DNA of 64,000 bases from Psammoneis japonica (taxonomy: Eukaryota). The translations under genes were made by a program, and so were the position numbers. Positions 34,441-47,035 of this stretch are shown in pieces; within the stretch, counting starts at the first letter, position 1; each line of letters opens with the position of its first letter. The notes beneath the pieces were generated by a model. It was not told where the DNA came from, did not search any database, and saw only the letters and a program-made list of their open reading frames with translations. The stretch is taken from contig QPGO01000012.1 in assembly GCA_008632985.1 (NCBI GenBank), forward strand, positions 744,001 to 808,000, given 5' to 3'.

Positions 34441-35366
34441 GCTCATTGTCAACCCATTGAGCAACCGCCATCGTCGTCGTTGATTTACCAACGACGCCAT
34501 TTCAATTCTACGTGGACCTCCGTATATATTCTACATACATCGGCAAGTCTACGCGCATTCAATACCAGGGCATCGGCAGGAAGTTAACGTCACCGTCAAG
34601 TCTCCTTACCGCTGGATATCTGGATTGATTATACTACCTTTGATCGCTGAAGACATACATTCAACGGTCATATCCAAGTCTATCCTTGATCCTCATCCCT
34701 TGATATACCTATTCATCGGTTAACGGTCAAGAACCCTACATATTCAAGGATCTTCGTCGCTGAAGACATATATATATATACATATCTTCACGGCCAAGAA
34801 CCTGTACCCACTCTTCGGACTGCGGTTTTGCTGCCACTCTACAAGCACACCGAGTCCATTGTACCTGATCTACCCCGGACTGCTGGTGCTCTACAGTTCT
34901 ACTAGGTCCACGAGGATGACTGTGAGAGCAAGCAGCCGTGATTACAACCTGCGTTGGGGCGAGGGTGCTTTCCCGCGTTTGTTCGTTCGTCCACAGCGCC
35001 CAACGCCTGCGTCAACTGGCCAGCCTGATCGGGAAATCCAACCGACATAAAATAAGAACGGTTCGGGGGTCTTGTCCACCTCCAGTCAGCTTGCCTGCAG
35101 GGGTTTACAACCCGCCGCTCCGCTCGCAAGCAACCCAAAGCGCCGCTGGCTGCGGGTTCGGACGTGCCGGCACAACTCTGCAGACCGGACAGGAAGTTTA
35201 GCACTTGACAACGAACGGGATAACAAAGCCCGGCGACTTCTGATTTTAAGATGGTTCAAGATTTCAAGTCAAGTCCATTTCAAGTCAAGCCTGTTCTCAC
35301 CCAAGTTTCGAGTCTGCCTTCGCTTCCCAACCCGAATTGATTGTCCTGACACCACTTTTATCTACC

Positions 35367-38300
35367 ATGGTTCTCACTCGTCAGCAACAAACCGATGGTT
35401 TCGAGCACGTTGTTGGAACCGTGCTTGCCCAAGGTGCTGGGAGTCCTCTTCGTTTGGCTTTGGCCCAAGACGGCACGGACTCGCATCAGGAACTGTTCAC
35501 GTTCACACCGTCCCAAATCGACTCGCTTGAGTGCGACAACGGCACTGGTGCAATCCCTTTGCCCCGTGGTTGTAAGAACATGTTAGCAGCACTAGTTAGC
35601 CTGTGCATTGTCAAAGCACACAAGGGTCTTGACGTTGCCAACGACTCCTCTTTGTTCGCGCATGACGAGTTCCTTGCCCACCGCCTCAGCCCGGACTGCA
35701 TGTCCTCTGTGTCCATCGGCAGCTCACCCCTTGCACCTCCACATGTCACCAACCCGACCAAGGCATGCGACCCGGTGCGAGACTTCAAGCGAGGCATCAA
35801 GCGTGATCCCACCGCTTTCACGGCTCTCAAATCCGACAAGCAGTGGCACACTTGGCACACCTCACTTGTGGCACAAGCCCGTGCCCAAGACGTCGAGTGC
35901 ATTCTAGACTCGTCGTACAAACCGACCAGCCCCGAAGACAAACTGCTCTTTGCTGAACAGCAAAAGTGCATGTTCGCCGTCTTCGAACGCATCCTTCTCA
36001 CCGACAAGGGCAAGGCTCTCATTCGCGAAAATGTGGGGTCTTCTGACGCACAGACCGTCTGCCGCTCCTTGTCTGAGTGCGCGCTTGCCTCCACCCGTGC
36101 ATCTGTCGAGTCCTCCACCCTGCTCACGTACCTCACCACCGCACGTCTTGGTGATGGCACTTGGAAAGGCCCGACCCACGGGTTCATCCTTCATTGGCAA
36201 GATCAGTTGCGCAAGTGCGAGGCGCTCATCCCTGCCAGTGACCACTTCTCTGAAGGACAGAAGCGCGTCATGCTCGAGAATGCCGTGCACCCTGTCGAGG
36301 AACTCCGTGCTGTCAAGAACCAAGCTGATCAGCACCGCACGCAGAGTGGCAAGAGCCTCACATGCGATCAATGCTGTGGCTTGCTCCTCTCCGCGGCAGC
36401 TCAGTGCGACAGCACGTTTCAACCCAAGACGACACCCAGAGCTCCCCGACGCGCCACATGCGCACATGACGTCTGCTCCGAGGAACCGTCCGACGATGTG
36501 TTCTACGACATTGACAGCGACGTTGACGTCCTTCAAGCCAATGCTGCCTGCACCCGCGGTCCCAGCCTCACCGGTGTCCAATGGAGACGTCTCCCTCCCG
36601 ACCACCAACGGCTCTGGGATTCGTTGCCCGATTCCTCCAAGGCGATCATCCTTGAGCATTCTGGTCCGCCTCCCTGCAACCCGCGAGCCAGTGACTGCCA
36701 TGAGTCTGTTACGGCCAACCTTCACGACCAACACCTTGGGAGTGACGGTGATGTCAACTTGTCCAACACGACTCCTGCTGACTGTGGTGACCCCGCCACA
36801 CATGTGGACGCCACTTCGGACAATCCCATCCTGGCGCACCTCACCAAGCGCAAGCCACTGCCACCCGGTGATCTGCAACGTCTGTTGTCTCCTAACCAAG
36901 CCCCCAATGCCAGTCGACCGGGGCCATCCGCCGCTTCCTCTACCCCGCCAGCTTCTGCAGATAACACAGAACTTAACGGCCGCACTTGCCGCCGCGTCAA
37001 CAACCACAATGTCATTTGCTCTGCCTCTGCTCATCGCTCCACACGCACTGGCGCTCTAGTCGATCGTGGGGCCAACGGCGGCATTGCTGGCGACGACGTT
37101 CGCGTCATCGCACGCACCTCTCGCCAAGTCGACGTTCAGGGCATTGACGATCATCAATTGGTGGACATCCCCATTGTCACCGCTGGTGCCGTCATTGAGA
37201 CCCAGCGTGGTCCCGTCATCGCCATCCTCCATCAGCGCGCATGCACGGGAAAGGGCAAGACCATCCATTCCTGCGGCCAGCTCGAATGGCACAAACAGGA
37301 TGTCAACGATCGCTCTGTCAAGGTGCCCAACGGCTTGCAACGCATTGCCACTCCTGATGGCTGTGTCATCCCCATTGACATCAAGGCTGGCCTGCCTTGT
37401 GTTGCCATGCGACCTTACACTGACGCCGAATGGACACCCTGCCCCATGTCATCCTCACCGGTGATGACACATGGGACCCTTCCGTCCTCGATCACTCTGT
37501 CACTGACGACGACCAGTGGTACGACGCGATCTCTGACCTACAGGACGATCCCACTGCCAACCCATTTGACGAATGCGGCAACTACCGTCACCGTGTCGTT
37601 GTCAACGAGACCATCTTGTCCGCTTCCTTGTCTGCCGATCACGCGTCCGCCCTCGATGATCACCTCATTCCGAACGACGACGTGTTCTACGAGTGTCATC
37701 TGCATGCGATTGACCCCCAGGGCGATGACGTTCCACCTCCGGAGCGCACTGTACAGCCCAAGGACCCCCCCTTCGAGTCTCTTCGGCCTTGCTTTGGCTT
37801 CCCACCTGCCGATGCGGTCCGTCGTACTTTTGACTGCACCACGCAGTGCGCCCGCATGCCCGCCGGTACACACCTTCGCAAGGCCTGCAAATCACCCAAC
37901 CCCGCCCTTAATGTGCACCGCCGCAACGAGCCTGTCGCCACTGACACCGTTTGTGCCGACACCCCGGCCGTCGACTCTGGTTGCACCAGCGCCCAACTGT
38001 TTGTTGGCACCGAGTCTACCGTCACTGACGTCTGCGGCACTAAGACGGACAAAGAGTTTGTCAACACACTCGAGGATCAGATCCGTGAACGTGGTGCCCC
38101 ATCCAGCGACCGTGCTCAAGTTGAGATCAGCAACAAAGTGCTCGGGATCCTACGCGCCCTCTTCATCTCCAGCTGGCAAAGTGAGCCTCACCAGCAACAC
38201 CAAAACTTTGCCGAACGTCGACACCAGACCGTGAAGCGCATGGCGAACACTGTCATGGACCGTTTTGGTTCGCCCGCCCACACATGGCTGCTGGCGCTCA

Positions 38301-41080
38301 TGTGCGTGTGCTTCATCCTCAACCACACAGCGTCCCCACGTCTCCACTGGCGCACACCCCTCGAGACTCTCACTGGATCCACCCCGGACATCAGCCCATT
38401 GCTTCGCTTTCACTGGTGGGAACCAGTGTGCTTCCACCTCGATGATTCCGATTGGCCGTCCGAATCCCGTGAGTTGCGTGGACGCTTCGTTGGCATTGCT
38501 GAGCACGTCGGCCACCAGATGACCTTCAAGATCCTATCTGACGAGACTCAGAAGATCCTCTGCCGGTCCAACGTTCGCTCCGCTGCCCCCGATCCTGCCG
38601 TTCAAAACCTGCGTCTTGATCCTCCTGATGGGGAGCCACCTGAACCCATCATCAAATCTCGCCATGACGACAACCCCATCGATTCTCCTGATGGGGAGAT
38701 CAGGACACCCAAGATGCCAGTTTTCGATCCGCAAGACATCATTGGACGTACCTTCCTCATGCAGCCACAAGAGGACGGACAACGCCACAGAGCTCGCATC
38801 GTCAAGGCCGTCGAAGACCACGAATGGAAAGTGAACGGCAATCCCGAGCTCACTAAGTTCGTCTGCTCTGTCAACAATGACGAATGCGAGGAAGTCCTTG
38901 CCCACAATGACATCATGAATCACATTGAGCAAGAAGACGAAGACACCACCATTTGGAAATTTCGACGCATCGTGTCACACGAAGGACCTCTGAAGCCTCA
39001 CGACCCAACCTGGAAAGGCTCAAGCTACAACATCATGCTTGAATGGGAAAGTGGGGAGATCACGTCCGAGCCTCTTGCCATCATCGCCAAGGACGACCCC
39101 GTCACCTGTGCCATCTATGCACGAGAGAACGGACTCCTAGACACGGATGGCTGGAAGCGGTTCCGCACTATCGCGAGGCGCCAAAAGAAGCTATTTCGCA
39201 TGGCCAGCCAAGCCAAGCTTCGCTCCTTCCGCACTGCACCTCGCTACAAGTGCGGATACGAAGTTCCCCGGAACTACAAACACGCCATGTCACTGGACGA
39301 ACGCAACGGCAACCGCAAGTGGGGAGACACAACTAATCTCGAGATGGACCAACTCGACGAATACGAAGTCTTCCATGACTGCGGGCCCTTCAAGTCTTCC
39401 ACTCCTCCTGCGGGACACAAGAAGATCCGAGTGCACCTGGTGTTCGACGTGAAACACGACGGTCGCCACAAGGCACGACTCGTGGCCGACGGGCACCTCA
39501 CGGACGTACCTGTCGACAGTGTCTACTCGGGAGTAGTCTCCCTCCGTGGCCTTCGGCTGATGATTTTCCTGGCTGAACTCAACGAGCTGGAGACATGGGC
39601 CACCGACATTGGCAATGCCCACCTTGAAGCCACCACCAAGGAGAAGCTTTACATTGCAGCTGGACCCGAATTTGGCAAACTCGAAGGACACATCCTTGTC
39701 ATCCACAAGGCACTGTATGGACTGCGCAGCTCCGGTCTCCGCTGGCACGAGCGCTTCGCCGACTGCCTGCGAGCTGAAGGCTTCTTCCCCTGCCGCGCCG
39801 AACCCGACATTTGGATGCGCAGGAACGGCGACCACTGTGAATGCATTGGCGTTTATGTGGATGACCTCGCCATTGCCATGAAAGACCCTCAATCTTTCAT
39901 CGACACTCTCACGGAAAAGTGCAAGTTCAAGCTCAAGGGTGCAGGACCCATTGAGTTCCATCTGGGTTGCGACTTTTCCCGGGACCCCGACGGAACCTTG
40001 TGCCTGTCTCCGCGCAAGTACATCGAGCGCATGGTCGACAGCTACGCCCGATTGTTTGGGGAGAAACCTGCCACCAACACCCTGTCACCTCTAGAGAAGG
40101 GTGACCACCCCGAACTGGACACTTCCGAACTGCTGGGACCCGATGGCATTCACAAGTTCCAGTCTCTTGTTGGTTCACTCCAATGGGCAGTGTCCCTTGG
40201 TCGAATTGACATTACCACGGCTGTCATGTCACTCTCTAGCTTCCGAGCTGCACCCCGTCAAGGCCACTTGGATCGTGCCAAACGCGTCTGTGGGCACCTC
40301 TCCAAGATGCGACACGGTGCTCTCCGCGTTCGTGCGGAAGAGCCCGACCATTCGGATCTCCCTGCTCCGGCCTATGAATGGATGCATTCCGTGTGTGGTG
40401 AAGCAGAAGAGATGGTCCCGAAGGACGCTCCACCGCCCCTTGGCAAGTTCGTCACTACCACCCACTGCGTCGATGCAAACTTGTGCCATTGCATGCTCAC
40501 CGGACGCTCTGTCATGGGAATGCTCCACTTCCTCAACAAATTCCCGGCTGATTGGTTCTCCAAGAAACAAGCCACCGTGGAGACTGCAACCTGCGGATCT
40601 GAATTTGTTGCCGCAAGGAATTGTGTTGAGCAGATTGTCGACCTGCGCATCACCCTGCGCCACCTTGGCGTCCCGATCCGTAATGTCAGTTACATGTTCG
40701 GTGACAACAAGTCGGTTGTAGACAGTGCCACCATCCCGCACTCCAAGTTACACAAGCGACACACCGCACTGTCGTTCCACCGTGTGCGTGAGGCAATTGC
40801 CTCTGGTTACCTTGAGTTCCACTTCATCGAAGGCTCCCGCAACCCTGCTGACATTCTCAGCAAGCATTGGGGTTGCTCCCAAATCTGGGACCTTCTCCGC
40901 CCCCTCATGTTCTGGAACTTCATCCCATCCGAAGTCGAATCTGTTTCTGTAGCTCCTCAAGCAAACTGGGGAGTGACAGGATTTGAACAGGATTTGGATG
41001 CGCGCGAAGTGTCGCGCGCTGTTTGGTTTGCCGTGCACAGTTTTGTGTGCTTTAGTTCCGCGCGTTCACGCGCGATGTAG
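35367..41080 (+). pseudogene. Copia gag-pol polyprotein, Tyr-eroded, with one -1 frameshift at ~37433
   Basis: Gag FKRGIKRDP; protease LVDRGANGG; integrase VATDTV...SDRAQVE...QNFAERR; RT HKARLVADG, KALYGLRSSG, GVYVDD; RNase H VDAN..ETATCGSEF..GDNKSV..NPADILSK. Confidence 0.92.
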
Positions 41081-41249
41081 TTTGCTTTCGAGCCACAAGG
41101 CTCACAAGAATAATGACAGTAGCCCGATTGTGCCGACTTGCCCATCTTTCGGCTCCTGCAACGGTCTCTGAGCGGAGACTCATCTGCCATTTAGACAGCA
41201 GCAAGGAGTTGTTGTTTGAATTCTTGCCATTTGCCTTCAATTTCTGTCA
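40974..41249 (+). repeat. 3' LTR
   Basis: Direct repeat of 34152..34427, same length, followed by the TSD. Confidence 0.95.
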
Positions 41250-42604
41250 ACAGCTGCTCGTCGTCGGAATCATCGGCACCTGGTGAATGCACGGCGAGAA
41301 CAACAACAGCGCGCGCAGCGCGCGGTCAAAATGAAGGTGCAAGCATCAGCAAAGATGTGACGTCACTTCCAATTGTCACACATTCATGCAGGAACACAAT
41401 CAACAATCGACACTCACCGTCAGGGTTCTCGTTCATCGTGCGACGAAGATTGAACCTGGTTTCGTCTTTGAGCCTGTGCAAGCCAGTGCGGAATCTGTCC
41501 AGTGGACAGCGCATGAACTCTGCGTGCATCTGCTGGATCTCTTTTGGCATCGCGCCAGGGCTGATCTTGCCCTCCATCAACATCTCCTTCAGGACTTTAC
41601 AGGCGGCAGATCCCTTGTGCCATTGTGGATGAACAAGGGGGGCAGCGGCCTCCGTGTCAAGAACTGATTTGGTTCGTTGATTGAGTTTGGGCATGTTGTT
41701 TTTTTTGTTTTCTCTTTTTTATGACAGGATGGATGGTGCAAAGTCAAGAGGCGTCAAGATCCACACTCGCATTGATGGTCAGCAACGAGAACCCCATTTT
41801 TGAATGGGTCACGGCCAACCCACCTCACCACTTTCCGCGGGATGCTGCTCTTTTCAAATCTGAAAACCCCAACCGTCAAAATGAGATTTGAGAGAATCCC
41901 AACCGCCAAAAGTGAGAAAGGGCCTCTTGACATTGTGGGGGGCCCTGGATTCCCTCAAGTCCACCCTAAAAACGTTCCGAGACCGCACTGAAATCGTTCG
42001 CAAATCACACAAAATGATTTCCGGCTCCAGAACGATGACTTTGGGCCGTCTCAAATGAGGAATGATTGGCTTGAATGCAGCCACAGCTCATGATGACAAT
42101 GGCACTAACAGCAAACTTTGGCGCGCAGTTTCATTCTGTCTTTTCAGCAGCATGTTCACGCGTGCTCTTCATCCATGAAAAGTCGTTTTCATTTTGATTT
42201 GCAGACAAACGCGTTTCTTTGAAGCCCTGCCATTGATGGATCATGGGATTGAAATGCTGTGTCACATGTTGCAGCTCTGCTGCTGTGTCAGTTGAGCCAA
42301 TGGCATGCCTTGGAGCAGTCAGTGTGCTGGTTCCGGTTGAGATGAGGACACCCAAACTTGCCTTTTGCGTTCGTTTTGAAGTCACCATTCTGAAACCGCA
42401 CCCGAATCGCATTTTTTTCGCACTTTCGTCACACACCAGGGAATCTCACGAAAGGCCTCTTCAAATGAGAACCCCAACTGCACCAAGATGACAAAACACA
42501 ACTCTCAACAAACAACTGCTCTAACAGCAGAGACCAGTGGCACATGTGGCACAATTGACAAAAGTTTAAAATGACACTTGGGTGTGCACTGGTGGTTGCC
42601 AATC

Positions 42605-43490
42605 ATGCGTCTGCCCAAAGAGGCACTGGAGTGCTTGGCACAGACAACAATTCAGAAGCCAAAAGGGTCACCCACAGCATGGAAATGACGGCTCGCTTCA
42701 TGCTTCTGTACCCCACAAGAAGTGGCATCTGAGTTGCGGGGGCTTCTGGAAGACGACGGAAAAATGCCGTGAGGATTTTTGCCCATTCACCCACTGTGCA
42801 CCCTTTGCTTTCTCAAATTGCATGAATCTGAGACAGTCGTTGCCGGAATCTGTAACAAAATTCATGAAGACACGCTGAGAAAATGGGTTTGGGTCGGCAC
42901 TCAACTTGTTGGACAGTTGGATTTGGTGCGTGTCATTCCAGACAAGCTCCCACACATGAGACAAGTGAACTGGCACCTTTTTTAGATTCACTGGGAAGAC
43001 CGCTTCATTGGCGACAATGGCAGCACTTGTTTGGTGACACTCAACAGCACTGATTTCAGAATCTACGAGCCGTCGCCATTCAATCCAATGTGGCTCTCCC
43101 ACAAATTCCACGGTGCTGGGCTGTGGTGTGAAATTGGAACATGCACTCAAACAGGGTGGATTGTTTGGGTCAATGGACCATGCCCAGCTGGGTTGCCGGA
43201 TCTGAGCATTGCTCGCGAATGGATCATTGAAGAGCTTTAAGACGGCAAGATGCACCTGGCTGCCAGCACAGCTTGACTCCATCCGGCCTAAGAAATGCAG
43301 ACAAGGCCATGAAAACAATGGCAAGGGCAAGGCATGAGGCTGTGAATGGATGGTTCAAGCATTTCGGAACACTTCAGAAAAGACACCGCCACGCGAAGGA
43401 AACACACTGCCATGTGTTTCATGCCGTGGCCAACATCACACAGTTGGCCCTCATGATGGGCTGCTCACCATTTGATGTCGAGCATTTGAC
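42605..43490 (+). pseudogene. Second DDE_Tnp_4-like (PIF/Harbinger-like) transposase, degraded
   Basis: FLKLHESE..TLRKWVW; IHWEDRF..VTLNSTDFRIYEP..WLSHKFHGAGLWCEIG..WVNGPCPAG..D; RARHEAVNGWFKHF..RHRH..VFHAVANITQ; TGA stops consistent with CGA decay; probable intron at ~42926..42984. Confidence 0.85.
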
Positions 43491-43499
43491 GGTTGAAAC

Positions 43500-45290
43500 A
43501 ACAGCAAAAAGTGTTTTTTTGCCAAAGTGTTGTTGCCATGAACGTTTCTCAATCTCATCGTCGCTGCAACGCTCTCGCGAGCGAGCACAAGGAAAGAGAG
43601 CCGAGAACCGACCCTGTTGCGTGCCATGTGGCGGGAAATTTGAAAATGCACCGATGACATGATTGTTGTGCCTGCTCATTGCCCCAAGCATCATCATGCT
43701 GCAATGTTGACATCATCATCTGCCTGGCAGGCTTGTCTGCGATTCCTCATGCTGGGTGTGTCCAGCATGAGGGGCCTGGCTCGATTGTTTTGGGCTTTTG
43801 TGCTTTTGGTTGTTGTTCTTGAGACGCGACGTGATCGAGCCAGCAAGAGAATCTTGAAATTTGCCAACACGAGTGGACAAGCAAATGCTTTTGGAAATGA
43901 AATCAGACAACATTGGTGGTGTCGTTGAAGGCTTTTCACATCGAGGCTGTGATTTGGGTGTTTGGCATCTGCGGCAATGCATGTGCTGCTGCTGGTGGCA
44001 TCTGTCTGCACCCCCAATGCACAGGACGCACATGGCACCTGGCGCCACGTGTCATCAAGTTGTGCCACAGCAGCACAATTGTTTTTTCCAACAGCTCCCT
44101 GATCATCTGTCAGGTTGTCTCAAGGGTTTGATGCACAGGTGGTGGGTTCTTTGCTTCAGCAGTCATTGTCGTTGTTTCACAATTTTGTGGCTAAAGAAGG
44201 TTGCCTGCTCTTTGCTCCATTGCAGGCTTTGCTCACCTTGGGGACAAGGTTAGACTGGTGGACTTGCTCATTGCTTTGTCACAAAGTGCGTGCCATGTGG
44301 TGCTGGCACAACACATGTGAGTCTTCTCATTCTTGCATGTGTCTCATGTGGACAGCCCAGAAAGCTGTTCACCTGATGCGACCAAATGTGGTGTGCAGAG
44401 AGCACAAGCATGGGGCTGTGTGACAATGTGAAGCAGAGCTTTCTAGAGCAAACTGGGCTTGAAAATGGCCTCTCTGCACATGTGCCCAGCACACATGTCA
44501 GCCACCGCCACATTTTGTTCATCCTCTCTCTGCCACCAGGCCACCATGTGCAAAGCAGCAAAACACACATCTTTGGATGATCCTGCCATCAAGTTGGGTC
44601 ATCTGAAAAAAAGCATGGGGTTTGACAAACAGTGCCTGCCCATCGCATCAGCCAGCCAAAGAGCCCAGTTTCATGCACTGGCTCCTTGTGCACATGGCAG
44701 AGCAGTGCTGTTCAGCCATGCCCAGGAAGAAGTGTGGCTCATTTTGAGAGGGTGTGGCTCTCAAATTGGGTGATTGCAGAGAAGTGTCTGGAGGAGAGCC
44801 TGTCAATGCATGTCATCTGCCCCCAACAGCAGCACAGCAAAGCAAGCATGAGGATGGTGGCATGACTTGTGGCCAATGTTGCATGATGTAAAATGCAAAT
44901 GATCAGGGTTTTGACGTTGCGACACAAAATTTGAATGAGCAGGATTTTGACACAGTTCCCCACTCACACAAAAAGGCTCCATTTTTGCAGACCATTTCCT
45001 CTTCAGATCTCACACAACAGCTTTGGCCAATGGCTCATGACATCACTCTGATTGCTGCAACCAAAATGCTCAACAGATGTTTCTGCCAGAAGTTGGGCCT
45101 GGTGAGATGCATGCTCCGAACATGTTGCACAAGAGAGAGCCAGGCTTGAGGCTCTTTTTCTTGACCAGCAGCTCCTGCAAGACATGACCGTGTTGCTAGA
45201 ATTCCATCCTTTTTTGGATACGCTGTTGCTTCTTGAGGACTGGAGGGCAGTGTGCATTGACATCAAGTTGAGGCAAAGTCCATCACATCA
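43500..45290. mobile_element. TpA/CpG-depleted repeat relic
   Basis: TG/CA-rich composition; only spurious ORFs; sharp return to normal composition near 45290. Confidence 0.55.
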
Positions 45291-45593
45291 GCTAAAAACG
45301 AAACGCGTTCAGTCGTGGCTCGTCTGTATGCGTCTAATTTTATTCACGAGTGACTGAAAAGCAAGATATAACTGTCGGTAACCGATTGTGTCACGCCGTG
45401 ACGTTGAAACACTTTCGAAAAATCAAAAATCACCAAAGCAAGGTCAATGATGTTCTTTCATCTTGTCCCGCTTGCGTTGGCCTTCCCCCATCCAGGAATG
45501 CCGACGGCTGACTTGACACCTACTCTCTAGACTATTACTTATTACACGACGACACCACTGGCAGTTTCATAGTTTGATCTTTCTATTGGAACC

Positions 45594-46979
45594 ATGTCAA
45601 AGACAACGTTCATTCTGGACACAAACCAGCGCCATGGCTACACGACTTCATACGATTCAAGCAGCCATTTGTCGGTGCTTTTACAAAGGTAGGGACTTGC
45701 GTACCGTGCATGTTTCTCTTTTGTACCATTTTGACCTCTCAATAACCACACTCTTTGTCTCAAGGTGGGGTTCGGTTTGGCCCAAGGTCTTTCCGTATTG
45801 CGTTTTGAACGTAATCATCATGGTGGCACTTCGGCAATTACAACGGTTGGATGGAATCGATTTGAGCATTTCCGACAAGGGCCATTCCTTCATGACCATG
45901 CCTGTCGCATTCCTTATTGTCTCGAGAGTCACTATTTCTTTGCAACGATACAACGAAGCACGAGGGTATTTAAATTCCATGTACAAGGAAACGAGAGAGG
46001 TTGTTCAGAATTCGGTCTTGTACACGAGATTCTTGACAGACGCCAAGGCGAGATCCTGGAGAAACAATGTTGCCTGGCGTGCCATGCTTTTGTTGCGTAC
46101 TGTCATGGCCGTTTTGGACTATCCCACGACGGGGATACCGGCCTGGGAAATCCCACAATTGAGCGAAGAAGAACGGGAGGATGTAAAAGAGCACCTATAC
46201 CATAATTTAGGTGCAACCAAGAACGCTCAACGATGGGCACACGAGAATCGGAGTGAAGGCGAAGAAAGCATGCGCGTGCCGATACGATTTGCGTACAAAC
46301 TTCGCTGTGCAATTCACGACAATCGTAACGAACTATCGACCAAGCTAGAAAAGTTACAGGAGAACAATCTGTTGAACAACGTCAATAGCTTCATGGGAGG
46401 ATATTTCGGGTGAGTTGTTTTGTGAAGTTTTAACTAACTGCTACTCAACGTTCAGAAAAGATGCTAACTTTCCCTGCTGCTGTTTTCGTTCGAAGAATTC
46501 GCAAGTTCAAAACAACACCCTTTCCTTTCCCCCTTGTTCAAATGGCACGCACCTTTTTGTTTTTCTACGTGTTCACACTACCTTTTGCGCTCCTGAGGGA
46601 CCAGAGTAGCATGTTTTCTCATTGTGTTGTCGTTTTCATCATTACCTATGGTCTCATGGGCTTGGAGACCGTTTCAATTGAGCTCGATGATCCATTTGGT
46701 GACGATCCGAACGACTTTAATAATCTGGGAATGGCCTATGTAAGTAGTGGACTTGGTCGCCCGACACTTTTTGAGTTATCGGGATTGGTGCTCACCCTTG
46801 TATTGTCGCCTTAGACGGCATTCGAGGATACGTATCTTTTGATTTTGGACGTGGATGGACCCCAATGCGTGGATAAATTGCGGGCTAGGATGCATGACCG
46901 AACCTCTTCAGAACCATTGTCCACAGAGCAAAGCTGGCTTCTCAGTACTACCGGTTATAGTTCAGATAACATTGTTTAG
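45594..46979 (+). CDS. Bestrophin-family (RFP-TM) anion channel; 4 exons
   Basis: Introns 45689..45764, 46410..46495 and 46740..46814 give a continuous frame; motifs GSVWPKVFPYC, FLIVSR..RYNEAR, TTPFPFPLVQM, IELDDPFGDDPNDF. Confidence 0.88.
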
Positions 46980-47035
46980 GACGATTTGTTGCTATAGCCT
47001 TGCATTCGTTTTCACATTTTATTTTTTTACAGCTC

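Larger units (their letters stand above)
34152..41249 (+). mobile_element. Full-length Ty1/copia LTR retrotransposon (CoDi-like)
   Basis: 276-bp LTRs with TG...CA ends; 5-bp TSD ACAGC at 34147..34151 and 41250..41254; gag-PR-INT-RT-RH order; purine-rich tract AAACTGGGGAG before the 3' LTR. Confidence 0.97.
33170..41694 (-). pseudogene. Second ORF of a PIF/Harbinger-like element, split by an intron, the copia element and a MITE
   Basis: MPKLNQ...WHKGSAACKVLKEMLMEGKI...; intron 41280..41417; frame continues across the copia TSD (DDEQL|FSSGLD) and the MITE TSD (NKVHL|LGGRDG). Confidence 0.65.

Noticed and set aside
37425..37440. Programmed gag-pol frameshift
   Set aside because: It lies after the protease, has no slippery heptamer, and matches the one-base homopolymer deletions seen elsewhere
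35367..41080. ADAR RNA editing or an alternative genetic code (TGY/CAY read as Tyr)
   Set aside because: Both A->G and T->C occur on the same strand, the LTRs differ from each other, DNA transposons are affected, and host genes use TAY normally
34152..41249. Classical RIP or simple CpG deamination as the cause of the copia changes
   Set aside because: RIP creates TpA and stop codons, whereas here TpA and stops are lost; CpG remains plentiful in this element
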